Counted from the stretch's first letter, positions 39,433-48,010 are shown. The stretch: 64,000 bases of DNA from Patescibacteria group bacterium (GCA_026004395.1 BPJB01000001.1:713226-777225); one strand, 5' to 3'. Numbers and translations are program-made. Notes: generated from the sequence alone by a model not told the origin.

Positions 39433-39912
39433 ATGTATAATTCAAATACGCAAATGAAGTCATATAATCTACAAATTCCCTTTGTCACAACATCATCAGA
39501 CAAAATTAAAACTCTTATTCAACTTTCTGAATGCAAAAGAGAAGGAAAGGTAGTAGATCTAGGATCAGGTGACGGACGTGTCGTAATAGCTCTAGCCAGA
39601 GCAGGCTTTGATGTTGTTGGATTTGAAATCAGAAAAGAGCTTGTTGAGAGATCTCTGCAGAAAATAGCAGCATTAGGTTTAGATCAAAAAATTACCATTT
39701 ATCACCAAAACTTTTGGGATGCCAATCTATCAGAGTTTGATCTGATTTATATTTATGGAATGCAGTCAATGCTTGCCAAGCTTGAAGAGAAGCTTGAGAC
39801 AGAGATGAAAGTAGGCGCAAAATTCATCTCGAATATCTTTCCTCTTCCGCGTTGGAAACCTCAAAAAGTAAAAGACAATTTTTACGTTTATACTAAAAAA
39901 AATAAGATCTAG
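39433..39912 (+). CDS. Small class I SAM-dependent methyltransferase
   Basis: Motif I VVDLGSGDGRVVIALARAGFDVVGFE. Confidence 0.6.
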   Translation: MYNSNTQMKSYNLQIPFVTTSSDKIKTLIQLSECKREGKVVDLGSGDGRVVIALARAGFDVVGFEIRKELVERSLQKIAALGLDQKITIYHQNFWDANLSEFDLIYIYGMQSMLAKLEEKLETEMKVGAKFISNIFPLPRWKPQKVKDNFYVYTKKNKI

Positions 39913-39953
39913 TGAATAATGTAGTGTCAAAACTTCTTTTTAGAAAAAATCAA

Positions 39954-40133
39954 CTATACTTCCTGTATCTGCGCAAAAGTAATTTGTTGTTTGAGTTTCT
40001 GAACAACATTTCTTACGGACTTTCGCGTAGCAAAAGACTCAGCGCTATTGGCAATTACTTTATTCTGGATATTTCTCAGTTGCCATTTATATTTGCCATC
40101 CATGCTTTGATAAATAAGAATGAAAAGTTCCAT
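39954..40133 (-). CDS. DUF1508/YegP-like small protein (59 aa), not in the supplied ORF track
   Basis: Minus-strand translation is MELFILIYQSMDGKYKWQLRNIQNKVIANSAESFATRKSVRNVVQKLKQQITFAQIQEV. It fits the YegP repeat consensus F-x-[LI]-[YF]-x-x-x-[DN]-G-x-[YW]-[RK]-[FW]-x-L-[KR]-[AN]-x-N-x-x-[VI]-I-A-x-S-x-x-Y. An SD-like ggtgaggaag lies 8 nt upstream of the ATG. The overlapping plus-strand ORF 39912-40139 is the alternative reading. Confidence 0.4.
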   Translation of the reverse strand: MELFILIYQSMDGKYKWQLRNIQNKVIANSAESFATRKSVRNVVQKLKQQITFAQIQEV

Positions 40134-40139
40134 TTTTGA

Positions 40140-40420
40140 ACTTCCTCACCAAGATGGATCATGAGATCTCTAAATTTTCTATTTATTTACTATTTATTTA
40201 TATTTTCTCGACATGGCAGGGAAGAATGCCTTTTATCCTATTCCTGCCCTAGCACTACCCTGCCATGTCAAGATCCGATAGAATCATGGATCTATCGGAT
40301 GAGTTTTAATTCCAAAGCCAACGGGTATGGCTTCTATCCTCTGTCGTACAGAAGATACCATGGTATTTCTTACCAGTTTTTGTCGTGCCGCGTTTCTCAA
40401 CCGCTGGCTGACCACAAATA
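40140..40420. other. GC-rich, highly structured non-coding segment with multiple perfect inverted repeats, possibly a structured RNA/leader or a mobile-element remnant
   Basis: A 12-bp perfect stem gacatggcaggg/ccctgccatgtc spans 40210-40269. Nested and competing hairpins follow: agatcc...ggatct and atccgatag...ctatcggat between 40271 and 40300. A 12-bp palindrome ataccatggtat sits at 40345-40356. The segment lies between the SSAP gene and the DUF1508 gene on the same strand and stands out from the AT-rich genome. Confidence 0.4.
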
Positions 40421-40837
40421 TCACATACCAGTGTAGTGGACTATTTTTTTCTCTGATGCTGCTACTGGCAATCTTTCTTGCGTATTGCCAGGCTGAGGAA
40501 CTTTCACTGACAAGGACCTAGTCATTTCATCTGCTGAAGCAACACTCTCGATGAGACCATATCCTGCAAACCCAAGCGCTCTCCCAACAGCCGATGTCTC
40601 AGCTACTTCGTAAGGATTTTCCTTCTCAATTGTTCTAGCGTTCTCTGGATTAACAGAGCTGATCCCTGTGTAGAGCTTACCTTTTATGTATACCCTAGCT
40701 CGAATTACAATTGGATTGTGAGAGAGAATCTCTGTCTCAATACCCTCAAGAGCTTTTTCCTCATGAGCTAGTTCTATCCGTCGTGCTACTGTCATGTATT
40801 CTTTGCCGTGAATTGTAACGATACCACTATTGCTCAT
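40421..40837 (-). CDS. Rad52/Sak-family single-strand annealing protein (compact, 138 aa)
   Basis: Strong SD (ggaggaggtgaaatATG). The stretch ...GISSVNPENARTIEKENPYEVAETSAVGRALGFAGYGL... parallels the human RAD52 core ...[39 protein letters not shown]..., sharing the pattern G-x-G...A-x-T-x-A-x-x-R-A-L-x-x-F-G. N-terminal beta-strand region HGKEYMTVARRIEL. Confidence 0.5.
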   Translation of the reverse strand: MSNSGIVTIHGKEYMTVARRIELAHEEKALEGIETEILSHNPIVIRARVYIKGKLYTGISSVNPENARTIEKENPYEVAETSAVGRALGFAGYGLIESVASADEMTRSLSVKVPQPGNTQERLPVAASEKKIVHYTGM

Positions 40838-41189
40838 ATTTCACCTCCTCCACGTTCTATGAACCTTCAAACAACGTATAGTTTCTCGACTCAACTGAGT
40901 CATTAGAATTATTATTAGATTAGAGAAAAATCCATTTTTTGAATCTAAAGATATTCTTGATTTCTTTTTCTGGGAAAATAAGCAGTATTATCGTGGATTG
41001 GGAGTTATCTTATCGCAGGAATTCTCAGCGTCTCTCCTCCAACCACTCTTATTCTCCCTCCTGCGAACTTTACTGTACGTTCGTTCAAATAATGTATAAG
41101 GATACTACCACTCTTTGACGATTTTTTCAAGCAGAGCAATACTGTAAATAAAAATCTATTTTTAGAGGTACACACGAAGCTCAAAAGAT

Positions 41190-41852
41190 CTATTTTAGGC
41201 GATATTGCGATGATGCTTGCTGAAGAAGAGTTAGGATCTCCTCATCCGTCACTGGTTTTCTTTCTTCATACCAGAGTACTGGTGTATGAAACTCTTCTGG
41301 CTCCACAAGGCAGATAATCTCATCAGCTATTCCCTCAAGATGAGTAGATACATCTCTGTCGCATGCAGGAATAGCAAGTATGACAGCAAGAGGATCAAAT
41401 GATTCTATAGCCTTAGCGGCAACAGTAGGAACAACAGGAGAGGTTAAAACATCATCTACAAGAATTACTGTCTTACCCCGTAAATTCTGAAGAGGCTGTC
41501 CTCCTCGTAGCTTTTGCAGGTTGCGATCAATCTCATGCTGTGCTTTTGCGACTAAGTTAGTCAACTCTTCATCACTGATATTGAAAAGTCGAATGATATG
41601 TTCTTGAAGAAAAAGATTATTATCCTCAGCAACAGCACCTAGAGGTATCGCTGTTTTTCCAGGCAGAAGAATCTTTTCTGTTAGCAAAAACTGAAAAGGA
41701 ACTTTAAGAACTTTAGAAACCTCATAGGCTACAGGTATTCCTTCTTTGGAGATAGCAACAATGACTTTCTCTCCCTCTATTTCTTTCTGTTTTAGCGTCT
41801 CTCCCAACTGTTTTCCTGCATCATACCTATCTTTAAAAATAGTCATAGACAT
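41190..41852 (-). CDS. COG1926-type predicted phosphoribosyltransferase-like protein with a degenerate PRPP loop
   Basis: FKDRYDAGKQLGETL..., then LRGKTVILVDDVLTSPVVPTVAAKAI...LAVILAIPA...CLVEPEEFHTPVLWYEE follows the COG1926 layout. The usual D-D-G-x-A-T-G-x-T Gly-rich loop is replaced by DDVLTSPVVPT. Confidence 0.55.
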   Translation of the reverse strand: MSMTIFKDRYDAGKQLGETLKQKEIEGEKVIVAISKEGIPVAYEVSKVLKVPFQFLLTEKILLPGKTAIPLGAVAEDNNLFLQEHIIRLFNISDEELTNLVAKAQHEIDRNLQKLRGGQPLQNLRGKTVILVDDVLTSPVVPTVAAKAIESFDPLAVILAIPACDRDVSTHLEGIADEIICLVEPEEFHTPVLWYEERKPVTDEEILTLLQQASSQYRLK

Positions 41853-41958
41853 ATCATTCTCTTAAATTTTAATAAGGAAATGAGAAATCAGTAATAATTA
41901 AGAAAAACTAGAAGCATACTATGCTTAAAGAATGATTAAAGAATTATTAAATGTAATC

Positions 41959-43821
41959 TCATGATTCCTTAAATAGTGGAAGTGTAAAATAAAATGTAGT
42001 TCCTTTCCCTACCTCAGACGTTGCCCATATTTTGCCTTTGTGTTTTCTTATTATCTCCCGACAAATATAAAGCCCAAGTCCAAAACCATTTCTATTGTCT
42101 CTAGAAGGTGCAACCTGGTAAAATCTATCAAAGATACGATTTAGCTCATTTCTTGGAATACCTCTTCCCTGATCTGTTACTGACACTAAAATATCCTTCT
42201 TCCTGTTGTAGGCTTCAATTGTTATTGATGTTTTGTCATTAGAATACTTAATAGCGTTGGTAAGAAGATTGGTAACTACCTGTTCTATCCTACGGCTGTC
42301 TGCCAATGCGTATACTTCTTTCTCTTTTTTAAAGAGAATTTTTCTCTTGCCTGCCAAGAACTGCACTTTAGCAATCGTTTCATTGATAAGTTGATTTAGA
42401 TCTACTTTTTCAAGGTGTAGATAAAATCTCCCTATATTAATTCTTGCAATATCCAACATCTCATCAATTAGTTCTACCAATCTGTTGACCTCTTTATCCA
42501 CAAGATCTAACTCTGTCAAAGATAACTTTAATTTTTGAGCTCGCTTCAGAGCAGACTGTATGAGTAGTTTAATTGTTGTAATTGGTGTTTTAAGTTCATG
42601 ACTTGCTAGAGAGAAAAACGCATCTTTCTGTACATCAATAAACTTTTTCTCTGTAATATCCTCACCCATGCAGAGTATTCCAACTGGTTTGCCACCGCTA
42701 TCATGAAAAATTACATTTGTCCAGTGTATCAATCGTTCTTGACCAAATTTAGTCAGTATAGCTCCTTCAGTTGAAAATGAAATTTTCTTCTCACTTAATT
42801 CCAATAATTTTTTAATTTTTTGTCTTTGCCTTTGTGGTACAAACTGAAAAAAAGACTTGCCTACTATCTCTTCTTCTGTAAATCCAGTTAAAGAATAGTA
42901 GTAAGGGTTGGCATATGTAACTGTACCATGCATATCAACAATCAGAGAGATAAGTGATATATTTTGCAGCATTTCCTGCATCCTCTTCTCATTCTCTTGT
43001 ACAGCAATTTCCATCCTTCTTCTTTGAGTAATATCATGAGTAATCTTTACAAAACGAACTATTCGCCCTTCTTTATTTTTAACAGCAGTAATAGTTCCAT
43101 GTACCCAGATAAACGATCCATCTTTTTTTACATGCCATCCTTCATACTCGGCTTTTCCTTCTTCTATTGCTTGCTGCAAGAGAGCTTGAGGTATTTTTTT
43201 CTCCTGCTCTTCTCTAGGGTAAAATTTACAACAATCACTACCTATTACATCTTTTCTTGTATACCCATATACGCTCTCAGCCCCCTTGTTCCAACTGATA
43301 ATCTTTCCTTTTTTGTTCATTACGTAGATTGCAAAACCGTGAGAATTATCCACCATTTCCTGAAATAATCTTTCCTTCTCTTGCAATTTCTTCTGTAGTT
43401 TAATAGTAGATGAAATATCATAATACATCTGAACTAAATAATAGGGTCTCCCTGCTTTTTTAATCGGGGAAAAAAGCGTGTGAACATTATATTTTTCTTG
43501 TTTCTTTGTTAAGAGAGTAATTTTATCAGTAGAATATGCCTTGCCTGACTCAATAGACGCCAAAATCTTTTTATAGAGAACAGAGGATATTCCTAACTGC
43601 TGTAAAATACTTCGGAGATTTTTTCCTTGTATATCTATCAAACGATAACCGGTATATCTCTCCCAAGCTGGATTAGCATATATAATCCTACCATCTAAAT
43701 AAGCAATTAGCAAAGGATGAGGAAAATCATCTATTAACTGAGGAAAGTGAAATACTCTCCTTTTTTGAGGCTTAAGGGTATGGGATAAAAATCTATAAAT
43801 CCATGATCCATTTTGCCTCAT
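41959..43821 (-). CDS. Sensor histidine kinase with three PAS domains, HisKA and HATPase_c
   Basis: PAS-like blocks (YANPAWERYTGY, SWNKGAESVYGY, YANPYYYSLTGF), H-box SHELKTPITTI, and N/G boxes (LLTNAIKYS, DQGRGIPRNELNRIFDRFYQV, GFGLGLYICREII). Confidence 0.85.
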   Translation of the reverse strand: MRQNGSWIYRFLSHTLKPQKRRVFHFPQLIDDFPHPLLIAYLDGRIIYANPAWERYTGYRLIDIQGKNLRSILQQLGISSVLYKKILASIESGKAYSTDKITLLTKKQEKYNVHTLFSPIKKAGRPYYLVQMYYDISSTIKLQKKLQEKERLFQEMVDNSHGFAIYVMNKKGKIISWNKGAESVYGYTRKDVIGSDCCKFYPREEQEKKIPQALLQQAIEEGKAEYEGWHVKKDGSFIWVHGTITAVKNKEGRIVRFVKITHDITQRRRMEIAVQENEKRMQEMLQNISLISLIVDMHGTVTYANPYYYSLTGFTEEEIVGKSFFQFVPQRQRQKIKKLLELSEKKISFSTEGAILTKFGQERLIHWTNVIFHDSGGKPVGILCMGEDITEKKFIDVQKDAFFSLASHELKTPITTIKLLIQSALKRAQKLKLSLTELDLVDKEVNRLVELIDEMLDIARINIGRFYLHLEKVDLNQLINETIAKVQFLAGKRKILFKKEKEVYALADSRRIEQVVTNLLTNAIKYSNDKTSITIEAYNRKKDILVSVTDQGRGIPRNELNRIFDRFYQVAPSRDNRNGFGLGLYICREIIRKHKGKIWATSEVGKGTTFYFTLPLFKES

Positions 43822-44004
43822 CGAGCACCCTCTTTAGTATTTCAAAAATTAAGAAAAAAGTATAGTCATGTACTGGAATTCTCTCCATTTTCTTACATAC
43901 CTTTTTCATCTTTCTTACTGAAAATCAAATTACAAATAAAAAAACTTAAGATTTTCTTATAAGGGAATGTTGCGATAGAGATATGCTGTGAGAATAAAGT
44001 TACA

Positions 44005-44388
44005 CTAAGTATAGCTCCTAATTATTGTCAGTAACTCTTCTATATCAAATGGTTTTGCCAAAAAAGCGTCTGCACCACACTCACGGATTGATTTCTCAGC
44101 TCTAGGATGAGCTGAGATCAAAATAACTGGAATATGTTTGGTATGATGATCGTTTTTAAGTATTTTAGTAATTTCTCTTCCATCCTTACCTGATAGAAGG
44201 ACATCCATAATAATAAGATCGGGCAAATCTTCTTCTTGATTTTTTAAGTTTTCTGCATAATCTCCTCTTTCAGAAGTAATCACATGATAACCATTATCAG
44301 AAAGAAGGAGCGATAGGGCATCAAGAATATCAGCATTATCATCAATAACAAGAATTGTTGTTTTTGAAGATTTATTAATATTTTTCAT
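44005..44388 (-). CDS. CheY-like response-regulator receiver domain
   Basis: TILVIDDNADILDALSLLLSDNGYHV...DLIIMDVLLSGKDG...ISAHP. It has its own ATG but is also the in-frame continuation of the upstream kinase remnant. Confidence 0.6.
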   Translation of the reverse strand: MKNINKSSKTTILVIDDNADILDALSLLLSDNGYHVITSERGDYAENLKNQEEDLPDLIIMDVLLSGKDGREITKILKNDHHTKHIPVILISAHPRAEKSIRECGADAFLAKPFDIEELLTIIRSYT

Positions 44389-44390
44389 TT

Positions 44391-45473
44391 TTTTCGCTAT
44401 AGGCAGGATGAGAGTAAATGTGGAGCCTTTACCTTTTTGGCTTTTGACTTTTATTATACCACCGTGTTTTTTTGCAATTTCTTGAGATAGATACAGACCT
44501 ATACCAAGCCCGGGAAATGTCCTCTCTTCTATATTGTTTCCTTAATAGAAACGTTCGAAAATTTTATCCTTACTGGTTGGATCTATACCAATCCCAAAAT
44601 CTGTAACTGAAATATATATTTTTCTTTTTGAGTGTGAGAGTTGAATAATAACTTTGTTAGCTTTTGGTAAATATTTAATAGCATTTGTAAGCAAATTAAT
44701 TATGATTTGTCCTATGCGGTCTTTATCTTCATATACTTTCCCCTTTGTCTTCCCTTCAATAATCCATCTATTACTTGAAGTTATCTTCTGCAAATACTCA
44801 ACAATATCCTTGACTATTGAATCAATGGAAAAATAACTCTTAGAATATGGAAGTTTACCTATCTCTATTTTGGAAATATCTAAAAGATCATGGATTAATT
44901 TTGTCAACATATTTATTTGATCATCCATTTTAAGCAGATATTTTCTAGTGTTGTATCTCCTTTTTCTCTTGCTTGTTGTATAAGAACCTGATTATAGACT
45001 TTAAGACTGGTAACAGGTGTGTTAAGTTCATGAGATGCAACAGAGATGAATTCATCCCGCACAGCTACCGCATCCTGTGCTTCTTTGTAAAGCCTTGCAT
45101 TATCAATCGCCAATGAGAGACGGCTCCCCAATTCTTTAATCATTACAAAATCAGTGTGTAAAAATCTTCTTTTTGACTCTGCGTTGACAAGCGTTATTCC
45201 ACCAATTACCTTCCCTTGTGAAAAAATTGGGACAATAATTGCAGAAAAAACTCCCAAACTTCTTAAAAGAGTAAGTTGTCGTTTTGTCACGGAAGCAGCA
45301 ACCAACATCTCATCTGTGATAACTGGATAAAATTCTGCTTTACCTGTTCGTATCACATTTGGCAGTCCTCGTGAGTCTGCGAGATTAAATAAGCCTTGGT
45401 CGCTTTTTAACTTCCATCTATTTATGCATCGCCTCCTCGACTGATTCCAGGGCTTTTTTCCGTATTCTGCCAT
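44391..45473 (-). pseudogene. Remnant hybrid histidine kinase (partial GAF - HisKA - HATPase_c, continuing in frame into the REC domain) disrupted by a 1-nt frameshift near 44913-44928 and an in-frame TAA at 44542-44544
   Basis: Pieces found: a GAF C-half (VIGGITLVNAESKRRFLHTDFVMIKELGSRLSLAIDNARLY), the H-box SHELNTPVTSLK, then MDDQINMLTKLIHDLLDISKIE in a shifted frame, then the N-box LLTNAIKY and D/G-box VTDFGIGIDPTSKDKIFERFY-[TAA]-GNNIEERTFPGLGIGLYLSQEI...GKGSTFTLILP. This runs straight on in the same frame into the REC ORF. The N-terminal half of the GAF domain is missing. Confidence 0.6.
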
Positions 45474-45598
45474 AATAACTCAGCCCTTTTCTTCTAAAGG
45501 AGATTAGACCAATATGAACAAAAATAAAGAGTTTGTAAGAAATCGTAAAGAAAGAATTGTGTTGTTTTCTCTTCTTGTGTATAAATATATAATCCACT

Positions 45599-46783
45599 AT
45601 GGATAAGATAAAACAAAAAGCTCTTAAGCTTCACAAGAAATTTCAAGGAAAGCTAGCGACTATTTCGCTTCCATCTATCATTACAAAAGAAGATCTCTCG
45701 TATTACTATACTCCAGGAGTTGCTGCTGTCTCTGAAGCAATTGTTAAAAATCCATCTCTATCTTTTGATCTTACGTGGCGCGGCAGGACTGTCGCAGTAA
45801 TCTCAGACGGATCAGCAGTATTGGGTCTGGGAAATATTGGTCCTGAGGCAGCTCTTCCTATAATGGAAGGAAAATCACTACTTTTGAAGCACTTTGCCAA
45901 TGTTGACTCAGTACCTATTGTACTTAACACACAAGAACCAACAGAGATTATTCAGTGTATAAAACATCTTGCACCATCATTTGCAGGAATAAATCTTGAG
46001 GATATAGCCTCTCCTTCCTGTTTTATTATTGAAGACGCCCTTCAAAACATTGGAATTCCTGTTTTTCATGATGATCAACATGGAACAGCAATAGTCGTAA
46101 CAGCAGCACTACACAATGCCGCAAAAGTTGTTAACAAGCCATACGAATCTCTCAAAGTAGTCATAGTTGGAGCAGGAGCAGCAGGTCTTGCAGTAGCACG
46201 CATGCTTTTAGGTCTTGACTGTTCAGGTGATTCCTGTCGTTATCTTCCCGGCAGCACATCTGTTAAGGATGTCATTGTTGTTGATACACACGGTGCACTT
46301 TTTACGGGACGAGATAATATGAATATTTATAAACAAGCTATTGCTGGCTTATCCAATAAAGAAAAAAGGGTCGGTCCGCTGCAGGAGGTAATCAAGGGAG
46401 CAGATGCGGTGATTGGTGTCTCACGACCAGGAAGTATTCAACCTGAAATGATAAAATCTATGGCAGACAAACCAATAGTTTTTGCACTGGCAAATCCTAT
46501 TCCTGAGATAATGCCTGATGATGCGAAAAAAGCAGGAGCGTATATCGTAGCAACAGGAAGATCAGATTTCCCCAATCAAATCAATAATCTATTAGCTTTC
46601 CCTGCAGTTTTTAAGGCTGTTATCAAAGGAAGACTGACCAAGATAACACCTCTTATGAAAGAAGCAGCTGCCAAAAAACTAGCTGCTCTCATACCTCATC
46701 CTACACCTGAAAAAATAATTCCAGATCCGTTTTTCCCACATCTTGTTGAGACGGTAAGTGAGGCAATTCTCCAACAAGCATAG
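45599..46783 (+). CDS. maeA: NAD(P)-dependent malic enzyme (short form)
   Basis: N-terminus LSYYYTPGVAAVSEAI and the dinucleotide-binding motif VVIVGAGAAGLAVARML; overall malic_M plus NAD-binding domain order. Confidence 0.85.
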   Translation: MDKIKQKALKLHKKFQGKLATISLPSIITKEDLSYYYTPGVAAVSEAIVKNPSLSFDLTWRGRTVAVISDGSAVLGLGNIGPEAALPIMEGKSLLLKHFANVDSVPIVLNTQEPTEIIQCIKHLAPSFAGINLEDIASPSCFIIEDALQNIGIPVFHDDQHGTAIVVTAALHNAAKVVNKPYESLKVVIVGAGAAGLAVARMLLGLDCSGDSCRYLPGSTSVKDVIVVDTHGALFTGRDNMNIYKQAIAGLSNKEKRVGPLQEVIKGADAVIGVSRPGSIQPEMIKSMADKPIVFALANPIPEIMPDDAKKAGAYIVATGRSDFPNQINNLLAFPAVFKAVIKGRLTKITPLMKEAAAKKLAALIPHPTPEKIIPDPFFPHLVETVSEAILQQA

Positions 46784-46800
46784 TTTCACTACTTCCACAA

Positions 46801-47163
46801 TTATATTGTTATGGGAGAACCCAGCTGAAAAAAGTTACCATCAGGATCTTCAAGTGTACAAAGCCACATCTGATCTTCTTCTGCAGGATGATAAGGCTCT
46901 GCAATTACCTTTGCTCCTAAATTGCGAATCCTCTCAAACTCCCCTTGTACATCATCTGTCTCAAAATTGATCATTATTCTTTCAGGCTGTGTATTTAATC
47001 CATGGACTTTATCGTGTGGACCAATAACAAGAAATTCATTCTCCAAACCAAATCCAACGAAATCTCCTCCTTTCCAATCTGGATCTTTTTGCAGGACTTT
47101 ACTATAAAACTCAATAAGTTGTTGGGGATTTTCTGAAAAAAGTACAATACCTTGTAGTTTCAT
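46801..47163 (-). CDS. VOC-family (glyoxalase/bleomycin-resistance-like) protein
   Basis: Start reassigned to the Met at 47163 (MKLQGIVLF), which is preceded by the strong SD gaggaggtgaattatATG. The beta-alpha-beta-beta-beta VOC pattern ends with ...LEDPDGNFFQLGS. Confidence 0.6.
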   Translation of the reverse strand: MKLQGIVLFSENPQQLIEFYSKVLQKDPDWKGGDFVGFGLENEFLVIGPHDKVHGLNTQPERIMINFETDDVQGEFERIRNLGAKVIAEPYHPAEEDQMWLCTLEDPDGNFFQLGSPITI

Positions 47164-47384
47164 ATAATTCACCTCCTCTCGTGATATTTTTATCTTTACC
47201 ACTTAATTAATAATCTCTACTGATATTCTAACAGCTACTATACAAAAATAACTGACCAATTATATGTAAGAGATGAGTGATAATTATGTAAAATGTAAAA
47301 CGAATGCAACACAAATTCTACAAGACAATCTTAATAACTTGTAATAGACAAATCTTTTATTCTTTGGGATAATTCATCTTGTCA

Positions 47385-47469
47385 GGAGAGATGACCGAGT
47401 GGTTTATGGTAGCGGTTTACTAAACCGCCGTCTCGCAAGGGACCGTGGGTTCGAATCCCACTCTCTCCG
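47385..47469 (+). tRNA. Type-II (long variable arm) Ser-like tRNA; the anticodon reads ACU in the hand fold (GCU expected for AGY codons)
   Basis: Acceptor ggagaga/tctctcc with discriminator G (Ser-like). D-stem acc/ggt of 3 bp. Anticodon stem gcggt/accgc with loop ttACTaa. Variable stem gtctc-gcaa-gggac. T-arm gtggg-ttcgaat-cccac. No encoded CCA. It is followed by a GC-rich hairpin plus T-run at 47480-47530. The architecture matches E. coli tRNA-Ser position for position. Confidence 0.75.
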
Positions 47470-47796
47470 CAAGTTAGGTAATGAAGCAGTTGGCTCGCCG
47501 GCTACGCGGGCTCGCCAGCCGTTTTTGAATACAAAATGGCTTTCTATTTTTGGATTATCTCTCATCCCATATCAAACCGCCGGCATAGGTTTTTGTTCCG
47601 GCAGTAGTTAAGAATTGCTGTAATTTCTTCTGATCAACAATTTTATTCTAACATGTTAAATTTGATTTTGTCTGAATAGTCTCAGATTTTATTTTGGTCA
47701 GAAGCAGGTTTTTCTTATTTTCCTTGCCTAATTTATTTGGTATCATTATGTTGAAAGCAGAGATTATTAATACCGCAATAACACACTATCAAGTTA

Positions 47797-48009
47797 TTGA
47801 AAATATGGAAAGAAAAAATTACATTGGAATATATAAAGAAATTCCTTACAAAACAAGGCTTATCGCTGGAAGCTTTTACCAAGAAATACGGAGTGGAATA
47901 CACCACCCTGACAAAAATTGAAAATGAAGTTATTAAAAAGCCCCTTGTTTTGGTAATTGCTAAAATTGCTAAGGCATTAGGTGTAAATATTGAAGAGTTA
48001 ATAAAATAA
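47797..48009 (+). CDS. XRE-family HTH controller (C-protein-like) gene preceding the methyltransferase
   Basis: 70 aa. LTKQGLSLEAFTKKYGVEYTTLTKIEN is an HTH_3 motif. The stop lies 1 nt before the MTase ATG, the typical arrangement for an R-M controller protein. Confidence 0.55.
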   Translation: MKIWKEKITLEYIKKFLTKQGLSLEAFTKKYGVEYTTLTKIENEVIKKPLVLVIAKIAKALGVNIEELIK

Positions 48010-48010
48010 T

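Noticed and set aside
39912-40139. 75-aa plus-strand ORF
   Set aside because: The opposite strand encodes a much better candidate, a DUF1508/YegP-like 59-aa protein with an SD. The plus-strand ORF has no recognisable features.
40161-40436. 91-aa plus-strand ORF (MRSLNFLFIYYLF...) across the hairpin-dense element
   Set aside because: The composition is junk-like and Cys/Tyr/Ser-rich. It is an artefact of the GC-rich structured DNA, and it overlaps the 3' end of the SSAP gene.
40140-40440. tmRNA, RNase P RNA, SRP RNA, 6S RNA or retron msr/msd for the structured element
   Set aside because: I looked for the hallmarks (tmRNA ggttcgattcc T-arm and ggggc 5' end, RNase P GNAAAGUCCGGGC/ACAGAACCCGGCUUA blocks, SRP GGAAG...AGCAG motif) and found none. 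No reverse transcriptase gene is nearby, so a retron is unsupported. Identity left open.
44005-44388. Treating the REC ORF purely as part of the kinase pseudogene
   Set aside because: It has its own ATG and an intact receiver fold (D-D...D...K positions present), so it may still be expressed. It is kept as a separate CDS while noting that it is the same frame as the upstream kinase remnant.
47399-47611. 70-aa ORF overlapping the tRNA-Ser and its downstream GC-rich hairpins
   Set aside because: It lies inside a tRNA gene and terminator-like structure, and the amino-acid sequence has no protein-like features.
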